A DNA stretch of 52,009 nucleotides, the filler included, from Sphacelaria rigidula (Eukaryota), in NCBI GenBank assembly GCA_964200075.2. It is 4 parts of 4 records of this genome, joined end to end, with 100 filler letters (N's around TTAATTAATTAA, not from the genome) between each part and the next. Parts side by side here need not be neighbours in the genome. Positions count along the whole stretch, not along the records: positions 13,032 to 25,958 come from CAXNAA020003293.1; positions 26,059 to 38,985 come from CAXNAA020003294.1; 2 more parts are not named here. The stretch is one strand, 5' to 3'. The position numbers were made by a program, and so were the translations under genes. This document shows, piece after piece, positions 13,303 through 26,260 of this stretch. The notes below the pieces were generated by a model. That model was not told the origin of the DNA and made no database searches. It saw only the letters and a list, made by a program, of their open reading frames with translations. Position 1 is the stretch's first letter. The number at the start of each line of letters is the position of its first letter.

Positions 13303-13428
13303 CGGCACCTCCAGCGCCTTCCTACATCAGGAGCGACATCTACCTGGTGACAGTAGCCGAGGTTTCAGACAGCTTCACGCTTCACGTTTACGACGATTTA
13401 CGGTACCCGTCCGAGGCGCGCTACGAGG
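13303..13428 (+). CDS. Candidate internal exon of an unidentified gene
   Basis: TTTTCCCTGCCCGCAG| acceptor and GAGG|GTGTGT donor, 126 nt, phase 1-1. Open frame APPAPSYIRSDIYLVTVAEVSDSFTLHVYDDLRYPSEARYE. Confidence 0.45.
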
Positions 13429-13879
13429 GTGTGTGTTGTTTACTTTAAGCCCGAAACCGTGATATTTCGGTGATCAGGGGTTTTGGCGTCGTCTGATTTC
13501 CACTGATGATACGCACGAAAGACCAAGGAGGTCTCGTGACGGTTGCCCGCATTTCTGTTGTCGAACAGCTCAGATCGCCGTCAAACTTGGCCTGTTCCGT
13601 ACATATTGATGGTAAAAATGAAGAACAAAAGTTGCGTCCTACATATTTCAATTTTTCTCCGTTCTCCACTGGCTTCCGGGGGTCCCAGTCCGAAGACCTT
13701 CGGAAGGCCTACGCAATGCCTCGAAACAAGAACAATTCTCTGTGAAATAATGCACAGGGTTTGGCAAGACACTCAAGGGCCTCGTACAGCTCTTCCTGTA
13801 TTGACGTAAAATTCTACTAGAAAAGGCGGTTTAAAACTAAAAACCAACGAATTGGGAGCTTGCACGTTTCAAGCTCACG

Positions 13880-14400
13880 TCATCCCACAATACGCCGGTT
13901 CTAGGAGTTGGACCCTGAAACTTTGCACGAATGTGCTATGGGTCAATACGCAACATTTTGATGAAAGAGATCATTTTTTTATAACTTTTTCACCGTTTTT
14001 GGGGGTCCAACGCAGTCCAAGTCGTTTTGCGAAGTTGCCTCCATTCTGGCACCCTGGAAACTGGCAGAGCGAACCTTTTTTTCATTTATTTCGCAAACGA
14101 GCTGTCGGTGCATAACCGAAGGGAGGTCTCCACAAAGGCTTGTGGCCACACTCGAGTAGCTGATGTTCGTTTTTTATTTCCACGTCAAAGAAGACTGAAA
14201 AAGGCCATATTCAAGCTAAAATCAAGTAGTTTGCGGATTCACCGTGGCACGGAAACGTTCATGGCACAAACGCGCCAAAGTTCACACCGTTTTTAGGAGG
14301 TTAGATACTGAAATTTTGCACAAATGTGCTATGGGTCATGGCGCAACTTTGGTTGAACAAGACTTTTAATTTTTACATGACCGTTTTTCTGGGAGTCCGA
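13880..14400. repeat. Diverged direct repeat (~13890-14010 and ~14280-14400), probable TE subterminal region
   Basis: CTGAAA.TTTGCAC.AATGTGCTATGGGTCA...CGCAAC occurs twice. Confidence 0.65.
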
Positions 14401-17400
14401 CGGTATCCCGGTTTCCCCGGAAGATCTGAGACCTCCGAAAAACGGTGAAAAATATCAAGAATTCAAAAAAACGACCCTCGAATGTAGCGTAATGATCCAT
14501 GGCACATTTTCGCGAAATTCCAGAGTTCAACTCCTGAAAACGACGGAAACGTTTGCCGATGAGCGTTTTTCTTTGGATAAGCGTGAACCAGCCTGTAACA
14601 CCTTCACACGTCGGACAAATCAACTCGTAATAGATCTGGGTCAGCTCATTTGGGGCATAGATCGTGATCTGTCCGCGGTGTGCCGTCACATGTGCACTTT
14701 TGTACGGTGGTGATCTGTAGGAACCGCTTGATCCGTACATATTTACCGGCCGACGATCTGTAGGACCAGCTTCACACACACGCACTTTCGACCACAAGTG
14801 ATCTGCAGAATTGTGTCATCTGTACAGCGTCACATAGTTGCATTATATAACTTGGCTCAGGCAAACGCAGCAGCTTGTCATCGACCCGCGCGAGTTGAAT
14901 CTCATATTTACCAAGAGCTACCCCTTCCCCGTGGAATCCGAATCTACTATACAAGAAACACTTTCCCGCACCCGTAAGATCCGGATCAAGTAATCAATAT
15001 TCTTCACCCGCAAACCAGTATGACCTGGGTACAATGCATGTTCACAAGTCCGTAGGTCGACTATAGCAGCCTGCACATGGAACATGCATGACGTACGTAT
15101 ATGTATTTATTCCGAGTGGTTCCACGGTAGGGGTGCACATTTTTTTCTGAAGCTGTGCACTGTCGGAGCATCCTTTGAAAGTATGAAAAAACAGTATTCA
15201 GCATTCCTCACCTGCTAACCTTTATGACCCGGGTACAGTGTGCATATTCGCAAGTCCGTAGGTTGTAGGTTGACCGTAGCAGCCCGGCATATTGGACATT
15301 AGTTACTTATATTTATTGGCACTTATCATATCATGTCAGAATTTTGTGACATGCGAAACGTTGAGCTTCGGGTCAGGGCAGTACTACGGTGGGAGGCCAC
15401 GTATGAAGCCCTGATTTGAATATACTTTCATTTTGTGTTTTCACTTCGAACAGGGCCTCCCACGTAGTACCCCACCGAAGCACTAGGCTGGCCCGACGGT
15501 TAATGTTCCGCATGTAACGAAGCTCTGACATGTTACTGCGCCCTGAAACCATTCCGAGTCGTCCCATGCGCTCATTTTTCCCGAGTCTGTGCACTCACGA
15601 GAAATTTGATTTGCTCGCATGCTCAACACGTGGTAGATCTGTGGACGAAACGGGACGTGTCGTGAGCTTAAAGAGCGAAGTCATCTCGCAAAACGCCCAC
15701 CATTTTGCTGATTGCAACACCTACTCGGTTCACACCCAATTAGTAACTACAGCAGCGGCCTCTGAGCATTAGCGTTGACTGCCGTCAGACACGTTTTTGC
15801 TCAACAATGTCAGCAACAGTAGGGGGCCAGCCCATGGCCCTCGTAGGTGGACTTCACTCCGGTAGCAGTTGCAGTAGTAGTGAGGAATAGTGGTTGTGAT
15901 TTGATTAGATGTCACGTTTGTTCAGGTGTGTCAGAGGCAGTAAGGGCGACTGATTTCGTATTTCCTCGTTCAGGGTGCGCACTTTGCGCAGCGGGAAGAG
16001 GTAGAAAGAAGATACAGCTAAGTATGCTCAAATGACTCATCATAACGTTGTTCGGCCAGTGTCCGACGAAACATTCTGGAGAAGAGTCATCGACGTGTAC
16101 ATTGCCGGCGTTGATGAATCACGGGTACCTCCCGCAAGCCTGTTCGATAATCAGCCGTATGACCTTTGCGATCTGCGAACGATCTCAATCCGTATGGCCC
16201 GTTTGACCTGTACTCATTTCTCGTATCGTGACCTGTAGAACCCGGTTGCTCTGCACACTTGGCGTGATCAATGATCTGTATGACCCGTGTGATTCGTACA
16301 AGTCTGCCGTATGGTGATCTGTATGACCTGATCATTTGTACAAGCTTGCCATGGTTGATTAGTATACTCTGTGTATCCGTACATCATCTCCTTGGGCGCA
16401 CCGATGTAATCCCAATCAGGTGAACTTGAAACGTCTACAACAACCTGTCTGTCCTCATAACTCGTACAAGATACCTCCCTCGTGATCGATGATTCCCGGA
16501 ACACGAGTACCGTTCCATAACTAGTTGAACTGCGTCATTCGAATTGTGTACACAGATGTGTTCACGCTCCACTTGTATGACTTGCGTTCCATTGAAAACG
16601 ATGTGTTCAACGTGTGAACACTTGCGACCAGTACAGAGAAGAGGTTTGCGAAAATATCCCTCTTTGGTGGTTTCTCGACACAGACGCAACCCATGTATTG
16701 GTCTTTGATGCTGGGTGGAATTTGGCCCCTGTAAGCGCATTGGGTATGTAAGATTTACGGAAACTATTCGAGAGAAAAAAATGTCTAATTTCAGACATTA
16801 GATTCAGAGCTTTCACGACCTATCCACACGGTGTCAATGCATCACCACGCACCGAACGATCGTGAAGCTACAGGCATCAGCAAGTGCCATGTTGTTGATG
16901 TGCCAATGCGCGTGACTGCAGGGTTATTTCATAACCCTTCACCCTGGGATAAGAGTAAATCAGCTGAATATGTTTAATCGATAATCCGATATTTTCCGCG
17001 TTTCAACCTTTCCAGTCGAGGCTTTTGCATCCTACTGTCTGACGTTACAAACGTACAGGTGCAATGCGAAGGGAGAGACCGTAGCTCATTGGACCTCGGT
17101 CTCATCTCGAGATGCAGATGCCGTTTAAAAAAAGGAAATTGTGACGAACCAAGTCATGCTGCGTATTTTCACTGTGGAGAGTATTTTTACAAGGCGAACT
17201 GCATTCGTTCGGCACACAACGAATGGTGTCCATGAACTCCAGTGAAAGACTACCCGAGAAAAGTTTAGAACAGGTGTGTTATTTGGATAAGGCAGACCAA
17301 CCAGTATCTGGCCTGGCGCGAGGCACGCACGGTCTGCTGTTGCTTATGAATTGCAAACGTGTGACACACACCCGCATGTGAATATTTTTCTACTTCATAT

Positions 17401-18517
17401 GGTTTGTTAATCGGTGCGTTTTGCTGATGCGGCGATTTTGAGCTGCATCGCTTCTTGTACGGACTTCACTATCGGGCGAAAAAATGGCGGAATACGTCTT
17501 GGTCGCTTCTGAACAAAGGATATGTTGTATGGTCCGTCCCGGCATGACACATCAGTAATCTCCGGAGCTTCCTGCCCCTCGCAAGCCTCACTATTCACAT
17601 GCCAAACCTTCCTTCAACGCTTGATCATGCCGGGACTTGAACCGAATATCTCTTACTAGACACTGTTTGCGGTAGAAATCCCGGAGTACGCTTCCGTGGA
17701 CGAACTTGAGATTCCTCTTCACCCTGATTTTCCTGGAATTCCACTCGTCTGTGAGATCATTTTCTACCATCTTTTGTTAAGTGACTCAATATAGGGGGGG
17801 GGATCTGAGAGTCTGAAGCCCAACGCTGCCGGAATATTCGACTTTTCTTTGTACATCGGGTCGATTGATTAATTGATTGTCGCACTTTAACTGACCCCTC
17901 AGGCATCCAGCCGTGGTGACATTCGTCTTTCATTTGTAGTAATTTTACCCATGACTTTGTTGGATGGGTCAAAGCATATTGGTCGAGACTAGGCCAGGTC
18001 GTAATCATTTGTTCACCACGTCTATCATACGAAGTTCGCAGTAACAGCCGTTGCTTTATGATCAATTGGGGCTGTCTGTTAGTTCTCCGCTTTTCCTCTG
18101 CATCAAATTTCTTGAGCTCTTTTCGAGCATTTTTCATCCAATAGTGTCACACCTACGCCCAGGAAATTGCATGGTGAAAGTTTTACCATATCTCAAGGTT
18201 AGATGTTGGCCCAAATTTTGGCGGAGGGAGGGTACTCAGAATCCTGAATATAAGGCCGCCAGACGTAGTCATTCCGCTTCAACTGAAGTTTGTTCACGTG
18301 TCAAAAATATGGCACCGAAGTCAGACAACATGTTGAGCGAACGGTCACACTGTTTCCGAGAGATTGCAACGAGCTAACCGCAATTAAAAAATATCGAACT
18401 GATCTATTGCTTGAAAATACACTAGTACAGCGGCTGGGTTATGGAGTTGCCTCGAGACTGTGCCGCACCTCACAGAGGGGGTGTTGGAGGACTTCAGTTA
18501 ATCCAAACACTGTTTTC

Positions 18518-18850
18518 TTTTATCTTTATCTTCTCAAAATTTGAACCCCTCCCTTTCCTCGGAACGAGTCCGTGGTCACAAGGCATCAGCCGTCTCTCCC
18601 CGGTACTGGTTCGTGTACGTTACCCACTTTTGCAGCCAGTACCGCTGCTTACAGAGGCGTCCGTACTGCTATCAGTGTGGCTTCTGGCCGAAGTGTTAAA
18701 ATCCTTATATCGGGCCAACCGCGGAGGGGGCAAAAGGGCGGCCGCGATAGTGAGGGACTTGCCACCTCTTGCCCAGGTGTTGAACGAAACGTCTATTCCC
18801 GGCGCATATGAGTCGAGCGCCTACAAAACATCTGCGGTGGAAGTACTCCT
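18518..18850 (-). mobile_element. Probable 5'-truncated LINE 3' end sharing its terminus with SINE family A
   Basis: Same ~55-bp terminal block at 18541-18600 with a short (GATAAA)n tail. Upstream on the minus strand is a mostly open frame ending in TAA, instead of the SINE body. Confidence 0.45.
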
Positions 18851-19092
18851 GTAAAGCATCTGCGGTGGAAGAACTGCTCGGGACTGAAGTATACGTTCGC
18901 AGGAAATTACGTGAAAGACGACCACGAGAGGTTTCGGAACAGCTTCGAGGACTCTTCGCCGGAAGAATATTCCCAAAAAGCTAGTTTCACGGAGATTTTA
19001 GCAAGGATGGCAAAGACTGTCCCCGCGGAGAAAAGTGTCATCCCGTTTGATCTGCTACGCTGGTCTTTTCTTCATTCTTTTGGCCACACCTT

Positions 19093-19384
19093 CGACCTCA
19101 ACTCCTCCCCTTCCTCGGAGCGATACCGTGATCTCAAGGGATCAGCCCGTCTCTCTCTACGTGCCTCGCATTTCCGTCTCGCGGGTTGGATCATGACTAC
19201 CAGCACTCCCGCACCGCGACGACTCTCGTCGAAGACTCCTTTTGATACTCTTTTCCTCATGCCTTTAAAGCGGAAATCAGACACTCCTGAGAAAAACACC
19301 GAACGCATCTGCCGGTAGTCGAACCCGCGTTCTTTCACCCTGATGTTATCAGTTGTGCAGTTACACCACTGGGAAGCGGGGGTG
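19093..19384 (-). mobile_element. tRNA-headed SINE, family A
   Basis: CAACTCCTCCCCTTCCTCGG...CTCAAGGGATCA, body CAGCACTCCCGCACCGCG, B-box complement TCGAACCC at ~19319. Confidence 0.75.
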
Positions 19385-20739
19385 TGAGTTACGTCCACCT
19401 GAACCCGTCTTAGCAATCCATGGTAGACTCGCAAGTACATTTATTGGGTTGGAAATCTTACCCTGGACCAAAGCCCAACCAAAGGCATGGCGAAAATGCT
19501 TTCACAGGAAATGCATGGCGTATCTGGCAATGTCCATCTCAAATCAGTGCCCTCGGTGCCGTGTTGGCAAAAACGCGTGATGCGCGCTGGCAAGCGCCTG
19601 GGATTGGTCGTCCCAAGAGGTGGGAATGTAATAATTCTCACTGAAACTAAGTAACGACCAGCCACCGGATTTGGCAACAGGTTGGTATAGCCCCTACTGA
19701 ACAACAATAAAGGGTCCTTGGACATACACGTAGAGTGCGATGAATAGTTTTTGTAGTAATGATCTTTCTTGTTACATGCTCGAGCTGTAGTACAGGTTAT
19801 GTTTTTCAATGGTGCCTTCGATACCAAGAAGTATTTTTGGTGTAGTACAATGAGCTGTGTCCGGTTTTAGCCTTCCGACCGAACCCAGCCACTCCATGTA
19901 CGCCGCGTAACTGCCGGGGTTTGAACTTTTGACGGATCTCGCGTATCTGGCTCCCGCCCATACGATACGAATACGCCCTACAGGCAGTACCGTACTGTGC
20001 GGGTGCGCACTGATGGATTTCATGTAAATTATTACCATGGAGGAATAAAGAGGCAGCTGATTCACCTTACTTGCTTTCACGCCATTGGCACTTGCGCTTC
20101 GTAAAAACCAATGAACCAGTAGGATGCACGATGTCCACTCTCAATATTTCGAGGATGGTGTGAGCCACGTGTGAGTAATCTGAATCCCAACATAACGCTT
20201 GCGCGGTTTCTCTCTATACCAGACACGTGCTATTTTCTAGAATTTTCAATCGTTCCAAAGCGAGGCTTTATACTTATTTGGCCGGCACTACTCGCCATTC
20301 GTTTCTATGGTACTGCTGCATCACCGTTTAAACAGTGTTACAATCGACAGCGGGAAGCAAGTGGGCGGACTTTCTACTCGAAACCGCTGGGTAAACCCGT
20401 TCTAGAACCCCAGCTGCGATATTGGCATTTCCCCGCAAATTTTCACGCGAACATTTCACTTTGCCAGAACAAGGGGCAAGGCTGATCCTCATGCATATGT
20501 TTGTCAGTGCCGTGCTAGAGTTTGCGGCCTATCGTAGGTGAAACACAAAATACAAATGGTCTCCCGCTTGGGCATGCTGAGGCCGATGTGGGCAGCAGCT
20601 CCAGGCGCCTCTCAACATTCGATGGTTTCGTAAAACGTGGAACAACAACCCTACCGCGGCCCTATCTCTATTACGGCGTTCATCCAGTCTTGAAGCAATA
20701 TTTCCTTTTTGGGGACGACGGGATTGTTCTATAGCTTAG

Positions 20740-21540
20740 ATGATCTGTATGGACGAGGGTGTCACGCAGGAAAAAAAACGAAGCAAAAATATTTCGGTAA
20801 TGTGTTGTGCCATAATATCCGTGCTTCTGGACGTTACCCTTGGACTGGCTCGGGTAAAAGGTCTGAACAAATATCCGATTGTAGATTCGTCAATTTTGAT
20901 TGGAATATCTACAATGATGGCTCAACAGAACTGCATGGATAAGGGTGTCACGAAAAAAAAAAAAAATCTTATCGAGGTCGTGCCTTAATCATGATTTTGG
21001 ACGTTACCCTTGGGCTGGCTCGGGTAAAAGATATTTGAACGAGTATTGGTCTGTAGAACCGTCAATTTTGATTGGAGTAAAACAAACGATGGCTCGAACG
21101 AATCGCGTCAACAAGGATGTCACGCAGAAGATGAAACGGAAAAAAAACATTTTTTTCATGATTTGAGAACGTTACCCTTGGGCTGGTGCGAGATAAAAAA
21201 TGAAGGAATATTTCACCGTAGAATCGTCAATCGTTGTTGGAATGTAATAAACGACGTTTTGAAATAACCGCATCAAAAACGGTGTCACGCAAGAGGACGC
21301 CTGAAGCAAACAGATTTCCGCAATGAGCTATGGTGTCATATCTTTGATTTTGGACATTGCCCTTGGCTCGAGATGGAGAACTGAACGAATATCCCACCGT
21401 AAAATCGTCGATTCTGGTTAGAACATAACAAATGATGGCTTGAAAAAAACGTGTAGATGAAGGCGCCACGCAGGAAAAAAACAAACGAAACCTATGTATT
21501 CGTAATGCGTTATGCCTTGATATCCACGTTACCCTTAGGC
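20740..21540. repeat. Diverged tandem repeat, ~175-bp unit, about 4.5 copies
   Basis: The anchor ACGTTACCCTT recurs at ~20830, 21001, 21168, 21353 (variant) and 21526, with GTCACGCAG and TCGTCAATTTTGATTGGA in register. Confidence 0.85.
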
Positions 21541-22284
21541 CGAATCAGGTGCTCATTTATCCGTTGTGCCCCTCTTCAAATGTTCATATCTCGAGATTGC
21601 GGGCGCTGCTTCAAAATCTGAATGGATCGTTCAAACCTTCTGGTTCAGGGTTGTCTATCGAAAGTGGTTGTACAGTGTAATGCTCAAAAATGGATTCGAA
21701 AAACTCTACCCCTCTTGTTTTGAAGTGCTCGTCTTCGACGTGCGCTACCGCAACTTGTATTTGCTTTTCGGCATATGCCGCTTGCACCTGACGAAAGCTA
21801 CACTCTGGAGGTTTTATTCGATATATCCACGTTACCCATGTGTTGTGGTGAGAGTGTCTACAGCTGGCTTGAAGTTTTTGTTAGCGCTACGAAACAGGTG
21901 TTTTTGGGGGGTGTCACACTCGTGTGCAGTTTTTTTCTCCCTTTATATGCATTTACTTCTATCACCTATACACCAACGTGCTAGTCCTCAGTGAATAATG
22001 TCTGCTTTCGCATTGCTTTCGCAGTAAACGCTGGTAGATGCTACTCATGGACAGTATCATGGTACGTGTTGACATCGCCCAAATTAGGTGGGTCACAACA
22101 AAGCCCTATTGTGGGGTCGCATATGATTTCTCTGGTTGCATTTGTCTTGAACGCAGATTGACTGCTGTGGCTCACGAGATATTTACTACGAGGTGGGCTG
22201 GACAAAGCGGTCGCCAGCAAACTCACTGGCACTCGCGTCTAGGAGCGAGGGTCACTACATGTAGCTCGTGAACGTGACGACGAG

Positions 22285-23508
22285 ATGGAGGGGCCATCGA
22301 AGACAGATGAACTAAAGCGTTCGCAGCGACCCACGCTTGTTGCGACGAGCAACAGCCGTGAGGAGGAGCGTTGGGGTCACTTAGCCTCATGTTGCGTTTG
22401 CGGTGTTGTGGCGCCGAATGAGCATGCCATTTTCTGCCGAAGCTGCCCTCGCACTGTGTGTTTATCTTGTGTCAGGAGTAGTGCAGGGGATGGGATGAAA
22501 CTCGTGCAAAATAGCTTGAACAAAGGCTGCTTCGATCTAGAAATGCGAGAATGCCCTCTATGTCTACGTGCTAGCGACAAGTCCCTACCTGCCCCGCCAA
22601 CCGTGGCCATGCCGACAGAGGATCTACTCAGGCATCTTCTTCAGGCGCTTCTCCAGCACGACCTTTCGCGTGAATTTCGGGAACCGGTGGACGTCACCGT
22701 TCATCCGGACTATCTGTATAAAATTGGCCGTGGTAAAACGATGGATCTCCAAACAATGATGGCCAAATTGGCAGGCGGGAAGTACTCTACACGAAGAGGG
22801 AGACGGACATTCAAGGAGGATCTTCGCCGAATATGGCGGAATTGCAGATACTACGCGGAGTGTGATGAACAAGGTGTCCCACTAGACGGTACAAGTACGC
22901 CGGCCATAGTGCGGTGCGCTCTTGTCCTGGAAAGGATGATATCCAGGTTCTATGCGCTATATATGCCGGATGACGACGACGTCCTCCTTCCTGTCACGTC
23001 GTGGGATGGCTGGCGCCAGGCAAAGCAACTGGAGGATCAGCGGGCGAGACTACAACTATCCGAGCACCAAACACGAGCGATCGAGGCAAATGGCGGCGGC
23101 GAAACCCCCGATGAAGTTGTGTGTACTACTCCTAGATTACCTTCGACTTGGTCACGGATGGTGAACAGCGGCAGTGGTACAACCTCTAACAGCGGGAAAA
23201 ATGAGGGAGCTATGACATGCACTGGGGAACACGACAATGCTTTTGGTGATGCACCCGGACCTGTACAATCGAGAATCGGTTTAGGAGGAAACACGTTGAA
23301 AAGATGGAGCGACAATGACACGTCGGCGAATGCTCTTGCTACGAGCGAATGCACATCGGCGAGCAGGGAAGAAATACCGGAATGGGCGCTTTGGTATCAG
23401 CTCTGTGAGGTATCAGTCGAATTTAACGAAATAGGCACCTTCGAGCTGGCCACCAGGCCTCCAGGCCTCAGGGGGCAGGACACAGGTTGCGGTCCACCGG
23501 TAGGGTAA
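22285..23508 (+). CDS. PHD/ADD-like C4-C4 zinc finger plus bromodomain protein
   Basis: 407-aa uninterrupted ORF. Contains C-x2-C-x11-C-x2-C-x4-C-x2-C-x27-C-x2-C, then the bromodomain signature F.EPVD....PDY..KI....MDL.TM..KL..GKY......F..DL..IW.NC..Y, then a low-complexity C-terminus. Confidence 0.88.
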   Translation: MEGPSKTDELKRSQRPTLVATSNSREEERWGHLASCCVCGVVAPNEHAIFCRSCPRTVCLSCVRSSAGDGMKLVQNSLNKGCFDLEMRECPLCLRASDKSLPAPPTVAMPTEDLLRHLLQALLQHDLSREFREPVDVTVHPDYLYKIGRGKTMDLQTMMAKLAGGKYSTRRGRRTFKEDLRRIWRNCRYYAECDEQGVPLDGTSTPAIVRCALVLERMISRFYALYMPDDDDVLLPVTSWDGWRQAKQLEDQRARLQLSEHQTRAIEANGGGETPDEVVCTTPRLPSTWSRMVNSGSGTTSNSGKNEGAMTCTGEHDNAFGDAPGPVQSRIGLGGNTLKRWSDNDTSANALATSECTSASREEIPEWALWYQLCEVSVEFNEIGTFELATRPPGLRGQDTGCGPPVG

Positions 23509-24982
23509 TCGTACGTCTAACGACAATATGACGAGCGAGACTTGTGTGCGTTCTCGAGCTCAACTAGAGACACGTCTCCACGCTTGTCCAGACTTGCGCA
23601 CATAACGAGTCGAGATATGAACCTCACGCCACTGGCTGAATGGATCTGGCTGGTGTACGCAGCGAATGATTGATGACGGAACTTATTCTGTTCTCGGCGG
23701 CCCCTCTGTGTGCCCAGTCAATCCTACAAGAATGCTTGTGTGCGAGGAGGTGCGAAAGCTGGGGAAGTGGGCCCCACGATCAAAAGGAATATATCGACTG
23801 CTGTTTATGTACGTGGGTGTGTAGGCACGCGGTGGTCGGTATCTGTGTTTGTGTGGGGGGAAAGTGAGCAGGGCGGATACGTGTGTTCGCATTATGAGCT
23901 TGTATGAGCTTGTATGGTGGTGGGGCAGGGAACGCTTGTGTGCATGTGTGTGTGTGTCCCGTGCGTTTATGTCAGTAGATTCATGTGCGAGTTTTGTAGA
24001 TGAGGTGGGCAGTGTTTTGCGTGTGATTGTTACAGAGAGCACAAAGATGATACGGAGTGGTGGGCACACGAAGTCATGTTGCCAGTCAAAATGCCATGGT
24101 ACACAAGTACAGGTCAGCCGCCTGCCGTACAATGATATAAATGATTAATTTTGCATAAGTAACAATAAATGAAGATGGCCACATGCGCGAAGCAGGGGAC
24201 TCTATGATTGTTGGTGCAAGACACCGAATAACACCAAGCGCTTTATAATCAATGTCATGTCACCACGAACAGTCCGCTTGGTGTGCGATAGCACACACAG
24301 ACTTTGCAATTCTGGTGCATTCCAAGTTCACTTGGTGAAATTGGTTCTTGCTCCGGGTGAACAATTCGACTCACCATGTGTTCGTGACTCGATTTTTGCG
24401 ACTTATTTATTCCTACATTTTCCACTCTGAAACCCCTATTGATTTCGGTTTTTTGGGTACAACTTTGTCAAACAGGAACCAAGCGCATCCTGCTCCAAGG
24501 AGCACCTGGACACACAGCAGTTGCTGCTGTCTACCTTGTATCACCCTCAAGACTGAAGTCTTGACTGAGAATGCCCAGCGTGGAGCTGCTCGACGCGACC
24601 ACTGCGTTCTGCCATGGACCCTTCTCCACGTAGCTGAAAAGGGGCCAACATCCCCCTGCAGGCAGTAGCAATGCTAGCGGATCCTACGTCCTGACAGTCT
24701 GGCAGCCGGCAAGGTGGTGATGGTAGTGTCCTAGCGATATCAACTTACAGTGCACTGGAGCAGAGGTTGCAGGTGAATATTTTGGCGATCGCCTCACCTA
24801 CAGTCCGCCCAGACGTTAGGATCTCACTGACACTGACAACATTACATTCGGAAACCTACCAGACCGTGCATTATAAGTGGAAATGTACTAGACCCTGCAT
24901 TGTATGTGGAAATGTATCAGACCCTGGATAAAGATTTTTACAGCTAGTATGAACACGATGTTGAAAATGTACTGTGCACAAT

Positions 24983-25070
24983 GTGTTGTGTGTGTTATCG
25001 TCCCATCTACTCTGGACAACGGTCTCCACCTTCCGGTATATGTGGGCGCACCAGCCGCGACTGTGTCACC
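24983..25070 (-). mobile_element. SINE family B 3' fragment
   Basis: TGTGTGTT.TCGTCCCATCTACTCTGGAC...CGGTATATGTGGGCGCACCAGCCG. Confidence 0.7.
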
Positions 25071-25958
25071 ATACAGCTTTGCCCAGGATACAGACAGTGA
25101 TTACAGCGGCGGAGGCAGCCCTTCACTCCTGTGCCACCTGGGGTGAACGCACGTTATAGCTGCAATACGAACACCTTCACAGAATGTGGCGTAGCGATAT
25201 AGCGGGTAGCGAGGGGTAATATCCCGCGTACAAGTTGGTCGCAGGTACAAGCGGCTGAGTTCCTGATGTTGCGAGCTGCATAGGACAGCGCGGAATCTAT
25301 GCAGGACAGAGATATGCGAAGGATGTGACGTCCTGCGGTGTGTTTTGTCACCCTGCACCCTTCCGGTGTAAGGTGAGCAGGTAGTGACGCCGAAGGTGTC
25401 ACGCTGCAGTTGGTACGCAGTGCACGCAGTGTCGAAGACAGCAGCAAGTAGCATATTCTATGTGCAGCAACTACTATCGCCATCATCCATCGATCACGGG
25501 GGTACCCTGCCTCCTCATATAGGGCACCCGGGGTCCCCTCCCTCCCTTCCCTTCTACGGCCCCAGAATGAGGCTTTAGCGATCTGGGGGGTAGTGGTGCC
25601 GTCATTTTCGTACATGAGGCCTATCTTCCTGGCGTTCAGCTGCTTGACGCTTGACGCTGTCTCCTGTCTGCTCGAGAAGCAGCAGCTTGCAACTTATAGT
25701 ATATGGCATACCGGGAAGCAAGTCCTGTACGTGTACTTGAAAACAGTCATGGTACTGGCTGGGACTAGTGCCGGGCGACCTAGCGGGAATTTGCCGGGAA
25801 ACGGCTCGCGTCTCAGCGTCGGCTTGCTGCGGACCCCTGCGAATGTTGAGCGAGGACGATCATACGGACACGATTTATGCTTCAGTTCCAATTTTCCAAC
25901 TGGTTGTTGTCTCAGGCTATTCCAGATTCGGCTCTAGATTTCTGTGACAGAAAACACT

Positions 25959-26058
25959 NNNNNNNNNNNNNNNNNNNNNNNNNNNNNNNNNNNNNNNNNN
26001 NNTTAATTAATTAANNNNNNNNNNNNNNNNNNNNNNNNNNNNNNNNNNNNNNNNNNNN
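25959..26058. other. Artificial contig spacer N44-TTAATTAATTAA-N44
   Basis: Same linker as at 12932. Confidence 0.97.
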
Positions 26059-26260
26059 GGAGGGTCAACACCAGGGCGGAGGGGGGGGGGGGGCAGAGGG
26101 GGGGGGGAGTTGGTGGCGGGGGGGGGGGGGGGGGGGGACCTCCGGACGTGTTAATCCCAATGTTGGACGGATTTTTTTGCCATATTGCGGGATTGCATCG
26201 AAAGACACCGGAAACCTCACGTTACCAGATTCGACGCAAACACGGCATCGATAATCTCAC

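Noticed and set aside
25505-25667. Next ROCO exon (phase-2 acceptor, open frame QETASSVKQLNARKIGLMYEND...)
   Set aside because: It lies across an artificial spacer on a different contig and does not resemble a COR domain.
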